Shown in pieces: positions 17,603 to 26,230 of a stretch of DNA of 26,361 bases. Every line of letters begins with the position of its first letter. Position 1 is the first letter of the stretch. A program made the translations under genes and the position numbers. Source of the stretch: a virus (taxonomy: Duplodnaviria > Caudoviricetes). The stretch is from positions 1 through 26,361 of IMG/VR virus record IMGVR_UViG_3300042399_000926, one strand, 5' to 3'. The notes below the pieces were generated by a model that ran no database searches, was not told where the DNA came from, and was given only the letters and a program-made list of their open reading frames with translations.

Positions 17603-19160
17603 TCCCCTGTAATGTAGATTTATGAATATTCATTCCCCAATCGTTCAGATTAGGGATGTTGTGTTTAGTTACGCTCTCTTGGATAAACTGAAACTTGTAG
17701 TCTTTTGATGGATCTTGATCGGAGTATATATTTTGTCTCACGCGCAAGGGGAATGCAAAAGAAACACATTTCCAATTAAAATCGTTTACAGACCTATCGT
17801 ACTCCTTGTAGTCGATCACATCAGCATTGAATTTCACTCGGTTCACATAATCAAAGACCTTCCAATAGTACTGCTTGACTGCGACTGTTTTCTTATCTAG
17901 CCATTGTAGGTGTGCCACAAACAAATGAGGCAAATTTATATTTTTTTGGGTTGATGGAAGTGGCAAATGCTCTGCGTGATTTTGCTTGTTCTTAAACTGA
18001 ATATGGGTTCCATATGATGCAATTCTATCAACCCAATGTACTTCCCACTTACCATCAACTCGGATTTGGTTCTTGTCTGTGTACTGAATCCAATGAGTAT
18101 AGAACATTGTGTCTACATTGTCTTGCATTATGGACTTTAGTTGTTCCTTTGTAACTTGCCCATCAAGATATTCATCTGTGTCAAGACAAATGATTTTACC
18201 AGAATGTTTATATGCTTCATCAAAAAGTCTTTGTCTGACATTTGATTCTACAGTCAACTCATCATTGGATCTGTCTGTCTTGAGAACTGAAAGAATGTTA
18301 TACTTGCTAGCATTCTCCATCAAGAATTCATAAGTTCCATCGGTCGAACAATCATCCATAAACACAAACCCATCGGCATATCTTTGCCAAATGGGAAGCA
18401 TTTCTTTCAATAGGAATAGTTCATTCCTAGTAAGTGTTACTTGAACAATCATATCCTTTTTTGGCGCAAGTATTCCATCAAATCCATTTGCTTGCCTTGT
18501 TTGATAGGTTGTACGATCAACGCTAGCCCCAATTTGCATATTGCGCTGCATTAGGGCATCCTGATTCTCTGCCCACTTGTGAACAATTGGTCGGCGGTCA
18601 ATGTGACGAAGTACTCCTAACTTCTCAAATACTTCTGTCTGCTCGTTGTCACACCACTCTGACTTATAGGCAGGGTGGTAGATGTACCCGAAGCGGTCAT
18701 ACAACTTGCGACCGATGACGGGAAGAGTAATTAGAGTCTTGTATCCTTCTGCGCCCTTTGCCTCAAGGCGAGGATCGTTGTTGTAGTTCAAGGCTCCATT
18801 AAAATCAGGAAACTCACGCATCATGTCCTGTACAATAATATCATCCCACCCCTGCTCCACAGGCTCCATATCATCTGCTGTAGACATAATAATATCCCAA
18901 TCCGTAGACGGAACTCCACGATTGATAGCAGCGATCTTGCCTTCGCTATTGCCATATGAGAAGATAACATTGATGTTATCTTTGCTTTTGTTACTCATAT
19001 AGTAACGCAATGGATTATTATTCATCGATGAATCATCGATATCCATCGTAATTACAACTGTAATTTTATGCTTTCCTGATGCCTTGTCCAAATAGGCATT
19101 CAAGTTGTTCATAAACTTGATTGGTCGGTGGCGAGTCGGATATTTCAATATCAAATGCAT
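17595..19160 (-). CDS. Two-domain GT-A/GT2-like glycosyltransferase fusion
   Basis: N-domain: LKYPTRHRP, TADDM, YHPAYKSEWCDNE. C-domain: TRNE, MDDCSTDGT, CLDTDE, HLQW. Confidence 0.8.
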   Translation of the reverse strand: MHLILKYPTRHRPIKFMNNLNAYLDKASGKHKITVVITMDIDDSSMNNNPLRYYMSNKSKDNINVIFSYGNSEGKIAAINRGVPSTDWDIIMSTADDMEPVEQGWDDIIVQDMMREFPDFNGALNYNNDPRLEAKGAEGYKTLITLPVIGRKLYDRFGYIYHPAYKSEWCDNEQTEVFEKLGVLRHIDRRPIVHKWAENQDALMQRNMQIGASVDRTTYQTRQANGFDGILAPKKDMIVQVTLTRNELFLLKEMLPIWQRYADGFVFMDDCSTDGTYEFLMENASKYNILSVLKTDRSNDELTVESNVRQRLFDEAYKHSGKIICLDTDEYLDGQVTKEQLKSIMQDNVDTMFYTHWIQYTDKNQIRVDGKWEVHWVDRIASYGTHIQFKNKQNHAEHLPLPSTQKNINLPHLFVAHLQWLDKKTVAVKQYYWKVFDYVNRVKFNADVIDYKEYDRSVNDFNWKCVSFAFPLRVRQNIYSDQDPSKDYKFQFIQESVTKHNIPNLNDWGMNIHKSTLQGNA

Positions 19161-19966
19161 TACAATAATTCTCCGTTCATTAACTCTTTGCTAGTTTGTT
19201 CGAGCAGCAAGTCTACATTGTATGTATTGGTCTCTTCCGATGAATAGAAGATGTTTTTCCTGTAGATAGATTCTGTTTCTATCTGTTCTATAACTAGGTC
19301 AGTATATCTTAAGTCGAACCTCTTGTAAAGAGATTGTATGAAATCTTTGACATAAATTACTCTGCCAGAACCAACAATCATATCTTCACCAGGATTGCTT
19401 TTCAAACTTGCATCTACAACCATCGATGGATGCAACATTTCTCTATAGTAGCAGACATCTCCTATGCTTATCCGCTCTTTGTTTCTAATAGAACGAAAAA
19501 TCTTCCCCATAAGATACTTTTCTCCTCTGTAAACTCCATTAAAATTAAATGGATACAGAATAGAAATATTCGAATACTTGTCTTTGTTCTTCAAGACATC
19601 AGTAATCTGTCGCTTTGAATCGGTATAACTGTTTTTATGATACGAAAACTCATCTGTTACTTTAACAGGGCCATTAGTTTTGTTCCATAATTCTGCCGTA
19701 GAGTAATATACCACCTTTTTACTAACAGTTTTTAACTTTTCTATTATGTCCAATGTTTTGGATACATTTGTATCCCAAAACAAATTCTTTACGGCTTCAT
19801 CGGTAGAGTTAGCAAGATATGTTCTTTGTTCTGCAAAGCAAATATATACCGAATCCCAATGAGTGGCACATAAAGAATCAACATTGACTTCTCTTGATGA
19901 TATCTTGATGTAATCGTTGGGGAAATAATACGAGAGTTGGGATGTATTTCCTATGACAAGATTCAC
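19160..19966 (-). CDS. Divergent extended SDR (possible GDP-sugar reductase/epimerase)
   Basis: Degenerate Rossmann start VIGNTSQL, YYSTAE, YTDSK, YPFN, REMLH, VGSG. Confidence 0.65.
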   Translation of the reverse strand: MNLVIGNTSQLSYYFPNDYIKISSREVNVDSLCATHWDSVYICFAEQRTYLANSTDEAVKNLFWDTNVSKTLDIIEKLKTVSKKVVYYSTAELWNKTNGPVKVTDEFSYHKNSYTDSKRQITDVLKNKDKYSNISILYPFNFNGVYRGEKYLMGKIFRSIRNKERISIGDVCYYREMLHPSMVVDASLKSNPGEDMIVGSGRVIYVKDFIQSLYKRFDLRYTDLVIEQIETESIYRKNIFYSSEETNTYNVDLLLEQTSKELMNGELL

Positions 19967-20841
19967 TTGATTTTCTCTAATTTTTCGTATGCTGCTAGTG
20001 CAGCACTCTTAAATGGTTCAGGCTCTAAATTAACGGAGTTTATGTCCATTAGTTCTTTATTTTGGATATCACCGCCATGTTGGTAGCAAAAGTCTTTACA
20101 TTCCCAAATTTTTGTTTGCTCCATGAACATCTTCATGCCAAGATAGCGAATTGCATGATCGCCCCATCTATGGTAGAAGATATTATCTGTACTGTCCAGA
20201 TAGCGGAAATAATCTTGATATTCTTTTGTTCTAAAGAAGTCTATGTCCACAATTTCAAAATTAGTATTGTAAAGTTCTAAATTCCAATCAAATTCACGGC
20301 AGACGAGGCTATCTTTATTTTCCTCCATGAATTTTTTTGTGGTATCCCATAGCCCAATACACGCCCAATCTACATCCTGTACCAATTGCATAAAAGAGTA
20401 CTGATATTTGTTTTCTTGCATAACTACAAATGGATCACGATGAATTTTAGATAGGATAAAAGAATCTGAATCTAATCTCATATACCACTTGTACTTTTCC
20501 AATGCAGGATGGTTGAAGATTTGTCCTGCATAAAATCTACACATATGCCGATATCCCATTCTAAATTGAGTTAAAGAAGGAGAATATCGAGAAGGATCTT
20601 CGGATACAGTTGACGGCAACGAAAACTGCAACTTTTCAAACTTGATGTTTGGCATGAAACCCAAAGCATTGTTTAAGTTGCTCATCAGATTCGAAATGTC
20701 ATGTAATGTTAGATCATCATGAAAGATAGTTACAGGATAATTTGCCTGTCTATTAAAATTTAAGTACAAAAAATAGATACTATGATTAAGCAACCATAGA
20801 TCATTTTTTCTAGTCATATAAACAATTGTCGCATTTTCCAT
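19963..20841 (-). CDS. GT15 (Kre2/Mnt1-like) alpha-1,2-mannosyltransferase homologue
   Basis: GYRHMCRFYAG, HPAL..Y.WYMRLDSD, NTNFEI, YLD...IFYHRWGD. AGGAG SD before ATG 20841. Confidence 0.85.
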   Translation of the reverse strand: MENATIVYMTRKNDLWLLNHSIYFLYLNFNRQANYPVTIFHDDLTLHDISNLMSNLNNALGFMPNIKFEKLQFSLPSTVSEDPSRYSPSLTQFRMGYRHMCRFYAGQIFNHPALEKYKWYMRLDSDSFILSKIHRDPFVVMQENKYQYSFMQLVQDVDWACIGLWDTTKKFMEENKDSLVCREFDWNLELYNTNFEIVDIDFFRTKEYQDYFRYLDSTDNIFYHRWGDHAIRYLGMKMFMEQTKIWECKDFCYQHGGDIQNKELMDINSVNLEPEPFKSAALAAYEKLEKIK

Positions 20842-20858
20842 ATTCAATCTCCTCACAT

Positions 20859-21596
20859 TTAATGTGGCTTGAGTCTCCATCTTTCATCTATAGTCTTCCA
20901 AGAGGGGGGAAGGACAAAATTTCCTCCCCAAGCATCACATCTTCCAAAATCATGGAAGAACCCCTCTCTGCCTATAGACGCTGCAAAGTGTATTACTGAA
21001 CTACTAATACAATGGATTTCGGTTGCCTTTTCTAACATTCCATACCAATCAATTAGATTATCTGCCCATCCATCCGAAGTAACAACCTTCTTTACTCTAA
21101 TGATCTTAAGATCATTTCTTGTTCGAAATTCAAATCTATCAGGAGCATACGCTTGTTCATCATGTACTAAAACAAAAGGTTCGTTGTTGGGGTTGATGAT
21201 TGATTCTAGTTTTGCTTCTCGTTCTTTATTTCTGTGGCACTTAAAAGAAGTCCATCTCTTTTCAAACGGTACATCAACAGAATCATAAAACGAGACATCC
21301 CAATCTTGTCTGCACTTATCGAATCCCGATATAATAACTTTTGAGGCAATTTTTGCTTGTGGTAGAGACATGGGAATACGATGTGGATCGCCATGAAACC
21401 AATTTTCCATAGGTAGACAATGAATTCTACTGTCATCTGCATACATTGCTGATACGCTGGTATAGTTCTCCTTCTTGACCGCAAGGTAAGTTATTGCAGC
21501 GTTTTCTCTTTCTGTTAACTCGCGCACCAATCCATTACAAATCATATGATCACCAATGCCTTGATGAGTATGGATAAAAATTATGGGTAATGCCAT
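20859..21596 (-). CDS. Putative GT-B glycosyltransferase (GxGD-type, viral family)
   Basis: HQGIGDHMICNG, FY, FVLVHD, AtEIHCISSS pattern. ATG 21596 in TAATG coupling. Confidence 0.55.
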   Translation of the reverse strand: MALPIIFIHTHQGIGDHMICNGLVRELTERENAAITYLAVKKENYTSVSAMYADDSRIHCLPMENWFHGDPHRIPMSLPQAKIASKVIISGFDKCRQDWDVSFYDSVDVPFEKRWTSFKCHRNKEREAKLESIINPNNEPFVLVHDEQAYAPDRFEFRTRNDLKIIRVKKVVTSDGWADNLIDWYGMLEKATEIHCISSSVIHFAASIGREGFFHDFGRCDAWGGNFVLPPSWKTIDERWRLKPH

Positions 21597-22765
21597 TAGC
21601 CGTTCTCCTTTATTGTATTGTTCACGATACTGCACACAAACATAACTTCTTCTTCCGTCATGCTTGCATTGTTTGGCAAATAAAGACCATACTCATGGAT
21701 TAGGTCTGCAAATTCAAAGACATTATTACCATATCTCTCATAGAAGAAAGGTTGTCTGGCTATGTTTCCTGCAATCAATGGGCGACATTCAACAGATTTT
21801 TCTGCCAACTTTTCAACTATCTCTGCGGAACGAGGATGAATAATTGGGTAGGCAAAATTAGAGACATATTCAAATTGAGATATATTCAGTTTCCAATATG
21901 AGTTCTTGATGAATTTATCATATAACTTTAGATTTTCCCAACGCTTCTGACAAAACTGATCCAACTTCTTCAATTGCAAAGAACCAATCATAGCCTGAAG
22001 ATCAGTAGAACGCAAATTAAATCCAGGATGATAGAATGTATACAAATTTCTAAAATCATTTATACCATACTTTAGTTGAAGATCTCTTCTTGATACTTCA
22101 TCCAAATCTCTTGACCATCCATGCGAACGAATGCTCTTGAAAATGTTGTATAACTCATAATCGTTCGTAGAGATAAATCCCCCCTCGATTGTGGAGAAAT
22201 GATGTCCGTAATATGTGCTGAATGAGGAAACAAGGCTCATGTTTCCTGTCTTCTTACCGTTTACTGTAGTGCCGACACTTTCACACGAATCCTCAAGCAA
22301 TAAGACATCATACTTTTTGCAGATCTCTTGTAGTTTTACCATGTCATTCGGAAATCCTAATGCATGAACCACCATCAATGCTGCTGGATTTTCTCTCTTG
22401 CAAATTTCTTCAAATTTATTAGTATCAATTCCTAAAGTGTTCCTATCAGTATCACACAAAATAGGATCTAGTCCCAATTGAATTGCAGGAGAAACCGTAG
22501 TTACCCAAGACAGGCAAGGAAATACTACCTTTTTATTTTTCATCCGACCCGATAGTATAAGACCATAGAAAATGGCAAGATTTGCAGAAGAACCTGAGTT
22601 AACAAACACCGAGTATTTGCATCCCAACCAATTACTCCATTCATGCTCAAATTGAACAGTCTTTGTTCCCTTTGTCAATCGTGGATTTGTATTCAACCAT
22701 TCTATAAGTGAGGAAATATCATCCTCACCTATGGTGTCTTTAACCAAAGTAATAGGTTTGTTCAT
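21596..22765 (-). CDS. DegT/DnrJ-family enzyme with catalytic His: GDP-4-keto-6-deoxymannose 3-dehydratase (ColD-like)
   Basis: NSGSSANL, SWVTT, EDSCES, FSTYYGHHFSTIEGG, RSHGW, PGFNLR, RPLIAGN. No Cys-rich Fe-S insert. Confidence 0.8.
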   Translation of the reverse strand: MNKPITLVKDTIGEDDISSLIEWLNTNPRLTKGTKTVQFEHEWSNWLGCKYSVFVNSGSSANLAIFYGLILSGRMKNKKVVFPCLSWVTTVSPAIQLGLDPILCDTDRNTLGIDTNKFEEICKRENPAALMVVHALGFPNDMVKLQEICKKYDVLLLEDSCESVGTTVNGKKTGNMSLVSSFSTYYGHHFSTIEGGFISTNDYELYNIFKSIRSHGWSRDLDEVSRRDLQLKYGINDFRNLYTFYHPGFNLRSTDLQAMIGSLQLKKLDQFCQKRWENLKLYDKFIKNSYWKLNISQFEYVSNFAYPIIHPRSAEIVEKLAEKSVECRPLIAGNIARQPFFYERYGNNVFEFADLIHEYGLYLPNNASMTEEEVMFVCSIVNNTIKENG

Positions 22766-22767
22766 AG

Positions 22768-23142
22768 TCAATTAACCTTGTAGATTTTTACAGAATCTTC
22801 AATCAGACTCTTGCTATTGATGATTGATTCATCAAGCAATCTGTTGATTGCTTGAATATATTGTGGTCTCTTTTGTTTGAAACAGATATCAATCTTGCGC
22901 TTCAAGGCAGCAATATCTTCATCTGTTGTTGCAACTCCAACCATGTCTTCTAAGAACCAAGTTCTGATATGAAGAATGCAAAGTTTTTCAATTACTTCCC
23001 CAATGTTATCCGTGTGAATTACATTATTAGGTAACTCTGGAACATTTCGTTCCGATAGAGTTTGCCTAACTTTGTTAAGAATTGTTTCTTCTACCGATAT
23101 AGCAATATCTTGCTTGATCGTATTATTATCGCTGTGCTGCAT
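22768..23142 (-). CDS. Small helical protein (DUF4254-like)
   Basis: DNIGEVIEKLCILHIRTWFLED ... KRKID ... R ... IN pattern. Confidence 0.55.
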   Translation of the reverse strand: MQHSDNNTIKQDIAISVEETILNKVRQTLSERNVPELPNNVIHTDNIGEVIEKLCILHIRTWFLEDMVGVATTDEDIAALKRKIDICFKQKRPQYIQAINRLLDESIINSKSLIEDSVKIYKVN

Positions 23143-23740
23143 ATTGTATACTTTCTGATGTCGCATCGCTGTATCGATATTGATGCAGCACTTTATCTAG
23201 GTGTGTCTCTGATGTAACATATGGTAACATCCGCGAAATCCAATCTAAATCTTCACCATATGATGATGGTCGAAAGCGTACATTCTTTGCAATCTTGTTA
23301 CGCCAAAAGCACATATGGTATGGAGGACGGCGAATCAAAGTCTGCCCTGAATTTGCAACATACGGTTCGTGCGGATTTCCGACTCGAAAGTCTACCTTGA
23401 ACTTATCGCTATTGACGGTGCAGTCCTGTTCAAATGTAATGACATCAGCAGGTTTGTCGTTCATTGCTTGACTCAAGGAAGCAATATAGTCATCAGATAC
23501 CCAATCGTCATCGTCAAGGAATCCAACCCATTTGCCACGGGAGATGTCAAGCAAAGACTGACGCTTCTCACCGATGGTCATAGCCTTGTTATCGGCAAGG
23601 GTCAGTACTTCAACCTTTGCTCCTGTGTCGGCAATCTGCTTATCTAGATGCTGACAGAGCGGTGTCCAATACTTTTCCACTCTGCTTGGAATAGTTAGAA
23701 TCAGAACGCTAAATTGAACTTCACTTGATGCTAGAGCCAT
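23126..23740 (-). CDS. GT2-like glycosyltransferase
   Basis: SVLILTIPSR, IGEKRQ, GFLDDDD, GED..W. Confidence 0.82.
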   Translation of the reverse strand: MALASSEVQFSVLILTIPSRVEKYWTPLCQHLDKQIADTGAKVEVLTLADNKAMTIGEKRQSLLDISRGKWVGFLDDDDWVSDDYIASLSQAMNDKPADVITFEQDCTVNSDKFKVDFRVGNPHEPYVANSGQTLIRRPPYHMCFWRNKIAKNVRFRPSSYGEDLDWISRMLPYVTSETHLDKVLHQYRYSDATSESIQYAAQR

Positions 23741-24413
23741 TGAGATCAAAGTTCCTTTCTCTACGAGTCATGTAATTTTGTCCATCCGCATTATAAAACG
23801 AGATATTTTCGTTTCGAATATAGAGAGCATCCACACCGATATCGATCCAATAATGCTTGATGATTACATTGTCAATATAAACTGCCTTGTGTAGTATGCG
23901 ACTGACATCGGTAAACTCGTTGTCACAGAATACACTCTTGTATGATGGATGATAGATGTAACCAAATCTGTCATAGTACTTCTTGCCCATGATGCATAGA
24001 GTGTTTAATACCTCGCCCTTGCGTCCATCGTTGTAGTGTAGTACGCCATCAAAATCGGAGTAGGTAACTGCCATATCTCGCATGATAGTATCATCGTATC
24101 CTGCCTTGATAGGAATCATATCATCCGATGCCAACAGCAGTACATCATAATCCCACCCACGATTCATGTCAGCATTAACTGCGGATATCTTTGAATCAGA
24201 TGAGCCATAGAACCATTTTACATTGTCACCCTGATTAGCAAGCCAATTGTGCATTGCATTGTTGTTCATGGTCACATCGTCTTCATCAAAGGATAACACG
24301 AACTGCACATCGTGCATCCCTGAAAGCATATTCTTGTATAGGTTAAAGGTTTCCATGAACCGACCCGGACGAGATCGGCTCGGGAACTTAATCAATAATC
24401 GCTTCTTCTCCAT
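23721..24413 (-). CDS. GT-A/GT2-like glycosyltransferase (paralogue of the 17595-19160 N-domain)
   Basis: LIKFPSRSRP, ASDDM, YYDRFGYIYHPSYKSVFCDNE. ATG 24413 lies inside the 3' end of uvsX. Confidence 0.8.
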   Translation of the reverse strand: MEKKRLLIKFPSRSRPGRFMETFNLYKNMLSGMHDVQFVLSFDEDDVTMNNNAMHNWLANQGDNVKWFYGSSDSKISAVNADMNRGWDYDVLLLASDDMIPIKAGYDDTIMRDMAVTYSDFDGVLHYNDGRKGEVLNTLCIMGKKYYDRFGYIYHPSYKSVFCDNEFTDVSRILHKAVYIDNVIIKHYWIDIGVDALYIRNENISFYNADGQNYMTRRERNFDLNGSSIK

Positions 24414-25440
24414 TGATTTCTGCCTCCTCCATTCCATACTTGAACTCCTTGGAAGCCGCCAAATCAAGTGCCTTTAGTACTTCTTCGGTAAAGAACTTCT
24501 CAGGATTCTTGTTGATGTGAGACTCAAATACAGTCTTACCATCAGGAAGTTCAATCTTGGTAGAGTTCTTCTTGAAGATTCCGTGCTTCAATGCAAGAGG
24601 AATAAGTCCGTAATACTTATCAAGTCCCTTGTCAAAGGTCAGAAGAGTATCGATCATCTTGTTCTCACGGGTCAGGCGACCCTTATGCAACTTACAATGG
24701 ATGATGTTGCCAACTACCTCGTTGTCGATCTTCTCCTTCTTCTTGGAAAGATAGATGATAGTAGATGCGGCGTACTTTAGTCCGCTGCCCCCACCCATTT
24801 CCTTCATTGGAACATACGCTCCAATAATATCATAAGTGTGGTTGGTAACGATCAGCGGGATACCCAACTTGCCCAACTTAAGAGTCATGGTACGGAATAC
24901 AGACTTGATGACCTGTGAACGGGTCATGTCGCGCACTTCCTTGCCCTCTAGACCATCATTCATTTCCTTGCTCGTGGACAACATTCCAAGCGAGTCAAGA
25001 ATAACCATCATAGGCTTCTGCTGCTCTTTGGTCAACTTACCATAACCATCAAGGATCTGCAACAGTTGATGGCGAAACTGCTCAACAGTTGCGATTGGAA
25101 ATACAGCCACGCGCTTGGGATCCAACCCACGCTCATTGATCATATCGCTTGTGACCGCCTGTTCGGAATCAAAGTAAAGAACCGCAGCGTCAACATTATC
25201 CTGTAGGAACTGTCGAGCAATGCCCAATGCAAAATAAGTTTTACCCGTTGCAGATTCTCCTGCAATACCTATAATCTTATTGTTGGGCATTCCTCCATGA
25301 ATAGTCCCCGACAATAGTGCGTTGAACGCATAAGACCCCGTATCAATGAAGCCCGAAATGTCGGACTCCAATCCATCGATTGCTAGTGATGCGTATTCGT
25401 TGCCAGAATCCTTGAGAATGCTCTTCAGAAAGTTGCTCAT
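24388..25440 (-). CDS. uvsX: UvsX RecA-like recombinase
   Basis: DTGSYAFNALLSG, AGESATGKT, YFDSE, LDSLGMLST.KE, DMTR, TNHTY, GGGSGLKYAAS. Confidence 0.96.
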   Translation of the reverse strand: MSNFLKSILKDSGNEYASLAIDGLESDISGFIDTGSYAFNALLSGTIHGGMPNNKIIGIAGESATGKTYFALGIARQFLQDNVDAAVLYFDSEQAVTSDMINERGLDPKRVAVFPIATVEQFRHQLLQILDGYGKLTKEQQKPMMVILDSLGMLSTSKEMNDGLEGKEVRDMTRSQVIKSVFRTMTLKLGKLGIPLIVTNHTYDIIGAYVPMKEMGGGSGLKYAASTIIYLSKKKEKIDNEVVGNIIHCKLHKGRLTRENKMIDTLLTFDKGLDKYYGLIPLALKHGIFKKNSTKIELPDGKTVFESHINKNPEKFFTEEVLKALDLAASKEFKYGMEEAEINGEEAIID

Positions 25441-25468
25441 AGTGTAGACCTCATTGTAGTTAGGGAAG

Positions 25469-25497
25469 ATTATACCATCATTTCACGCCGAGTGCAA
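25469..25497 (-). promoter_or_regulatory. Sigma70-type promoter for uvsX and the downstream island
   Basis: TTGCAC-17 bp-TATAAT with extended -10 TGG; GAGG SD before ATG 25440. Confidence 0.75.
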
Positions 25498-26230
25498 CGA
25501 TATGTTCACAATAAATTCGTAGACAATTCATGTGTGCAATGCGGCGTACTTTTTCGGGAATGCGTTGTTGAATATTTGAATTTGTTTCGATACAGATAAC
25601 CTGAGGAATTCCCTGCTTGTGGAGCAATTCTTCAAATGTTCCTTGCTTGTGATAGGGTAGTGTTGATGGGTCGCTGACATCCATCCATTGCTCCAATTCC
25701 TGCGTAAGCATGAATGGCAGTTCGTCCTCGTCACCTGCGTAGTAGATGTATGCCCCGCCTACCATGTTCCTTGGGTCTTCGTGCATGGTGTAATAGCCCT
25801 GCGTAGACAGCCGCATGACGAGATCCATATTTTCTGTTAGTCCTTGAATTTCAATAGAAGCCTCATCATCGTTATTCAAGAAGTGTTGGTTTGAAGTATT
25901 CCTTGCGTTGGGATCTTCTCCCTTTTCGTTACCGCGAGTACCCATATAATTTGAGGAGGTAGAGGCGAGGGGAATATATGAAATGTTGAGATTCTTCGCG
26001 TAGAACTTTGAATCTTCGTTTGACACAAAGTCCATGAGTGCCAAAGTGGCACCTTCTTCATCACCATGCCACCCTGCTGAGACAAGGATTGACGGATTGT
26101 TGGTATTCATGGCTAACGGATGAAACACCGCAACCTCCCCTGCGTCCGTGCGCGTATAGCCGCTAGGAAGGCGGCGGGCGAACTCTGCGAGGTACTTCTC
26201 TTGGTTATGGCGTAAGAATGTGTCGATCAT
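25478..26230 (-). CDS. M14-family Zn carboxypeptidase / succinylglutamate desuccinylase-like protein
   Basis: VSAGWHGDE (HxxE), R.N...DPN, MHED, IET. ATG 26230 overlaps the gp43 TGA (ATGA). Confidence 0.75.
   Translation of the reverse strand: MIDTFLRHNQEKYLAEFARRLPSGYTRTDAGEVAVFHPLAMNTNNPSILVSAGWHGDEEGATLALMDFVSNEDSKFYAKNLNISYIPLASTSSNYMGTRGNEKGEDPNARNTSNQHFLNNDDEASIEIQGLTENMDLVMRLSTQGYYTMHEDPRNMVGGAYIYYAGDEDELPFMLTQELEQWMDVSDPSTLPYHKQGTFEELLHKQGIPQVICIETNSNIQQRIPEKVRRIAHMNCLRIYCEHIVALGVK

Larger units (their letters stand above)
6664..24413 (-). other. Nucleotide-sugar/glycosyltransferase island (20 genes) inserted between uvsX and gp41
   Basis: Continuous overlapping or abutting ORFs, generally more AT-rich by eye than the flanking uvsX/gp41. 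Confidence 0.9.

Noticed and set aside
19963-21596. Giant-virus or eukaryotic origin of the contig
   Set aside because: gp43/uvsX/gp41 synteny, T4 late promoters, sigma70 promoters and SD motifs indicate a T4-like phage.
6664-24413. Bacterial O-antigen locus or host-phage chimera; mobile element
   Set aside because: Overlaps uvsX seamlessly, and no wzx/wzy, integrase, transposase or flanking direct repeats were seen.
5184-25440. Inteins or introns in gp41 or uvsX
   Set aside because: Both have normal length and continuous motifs.
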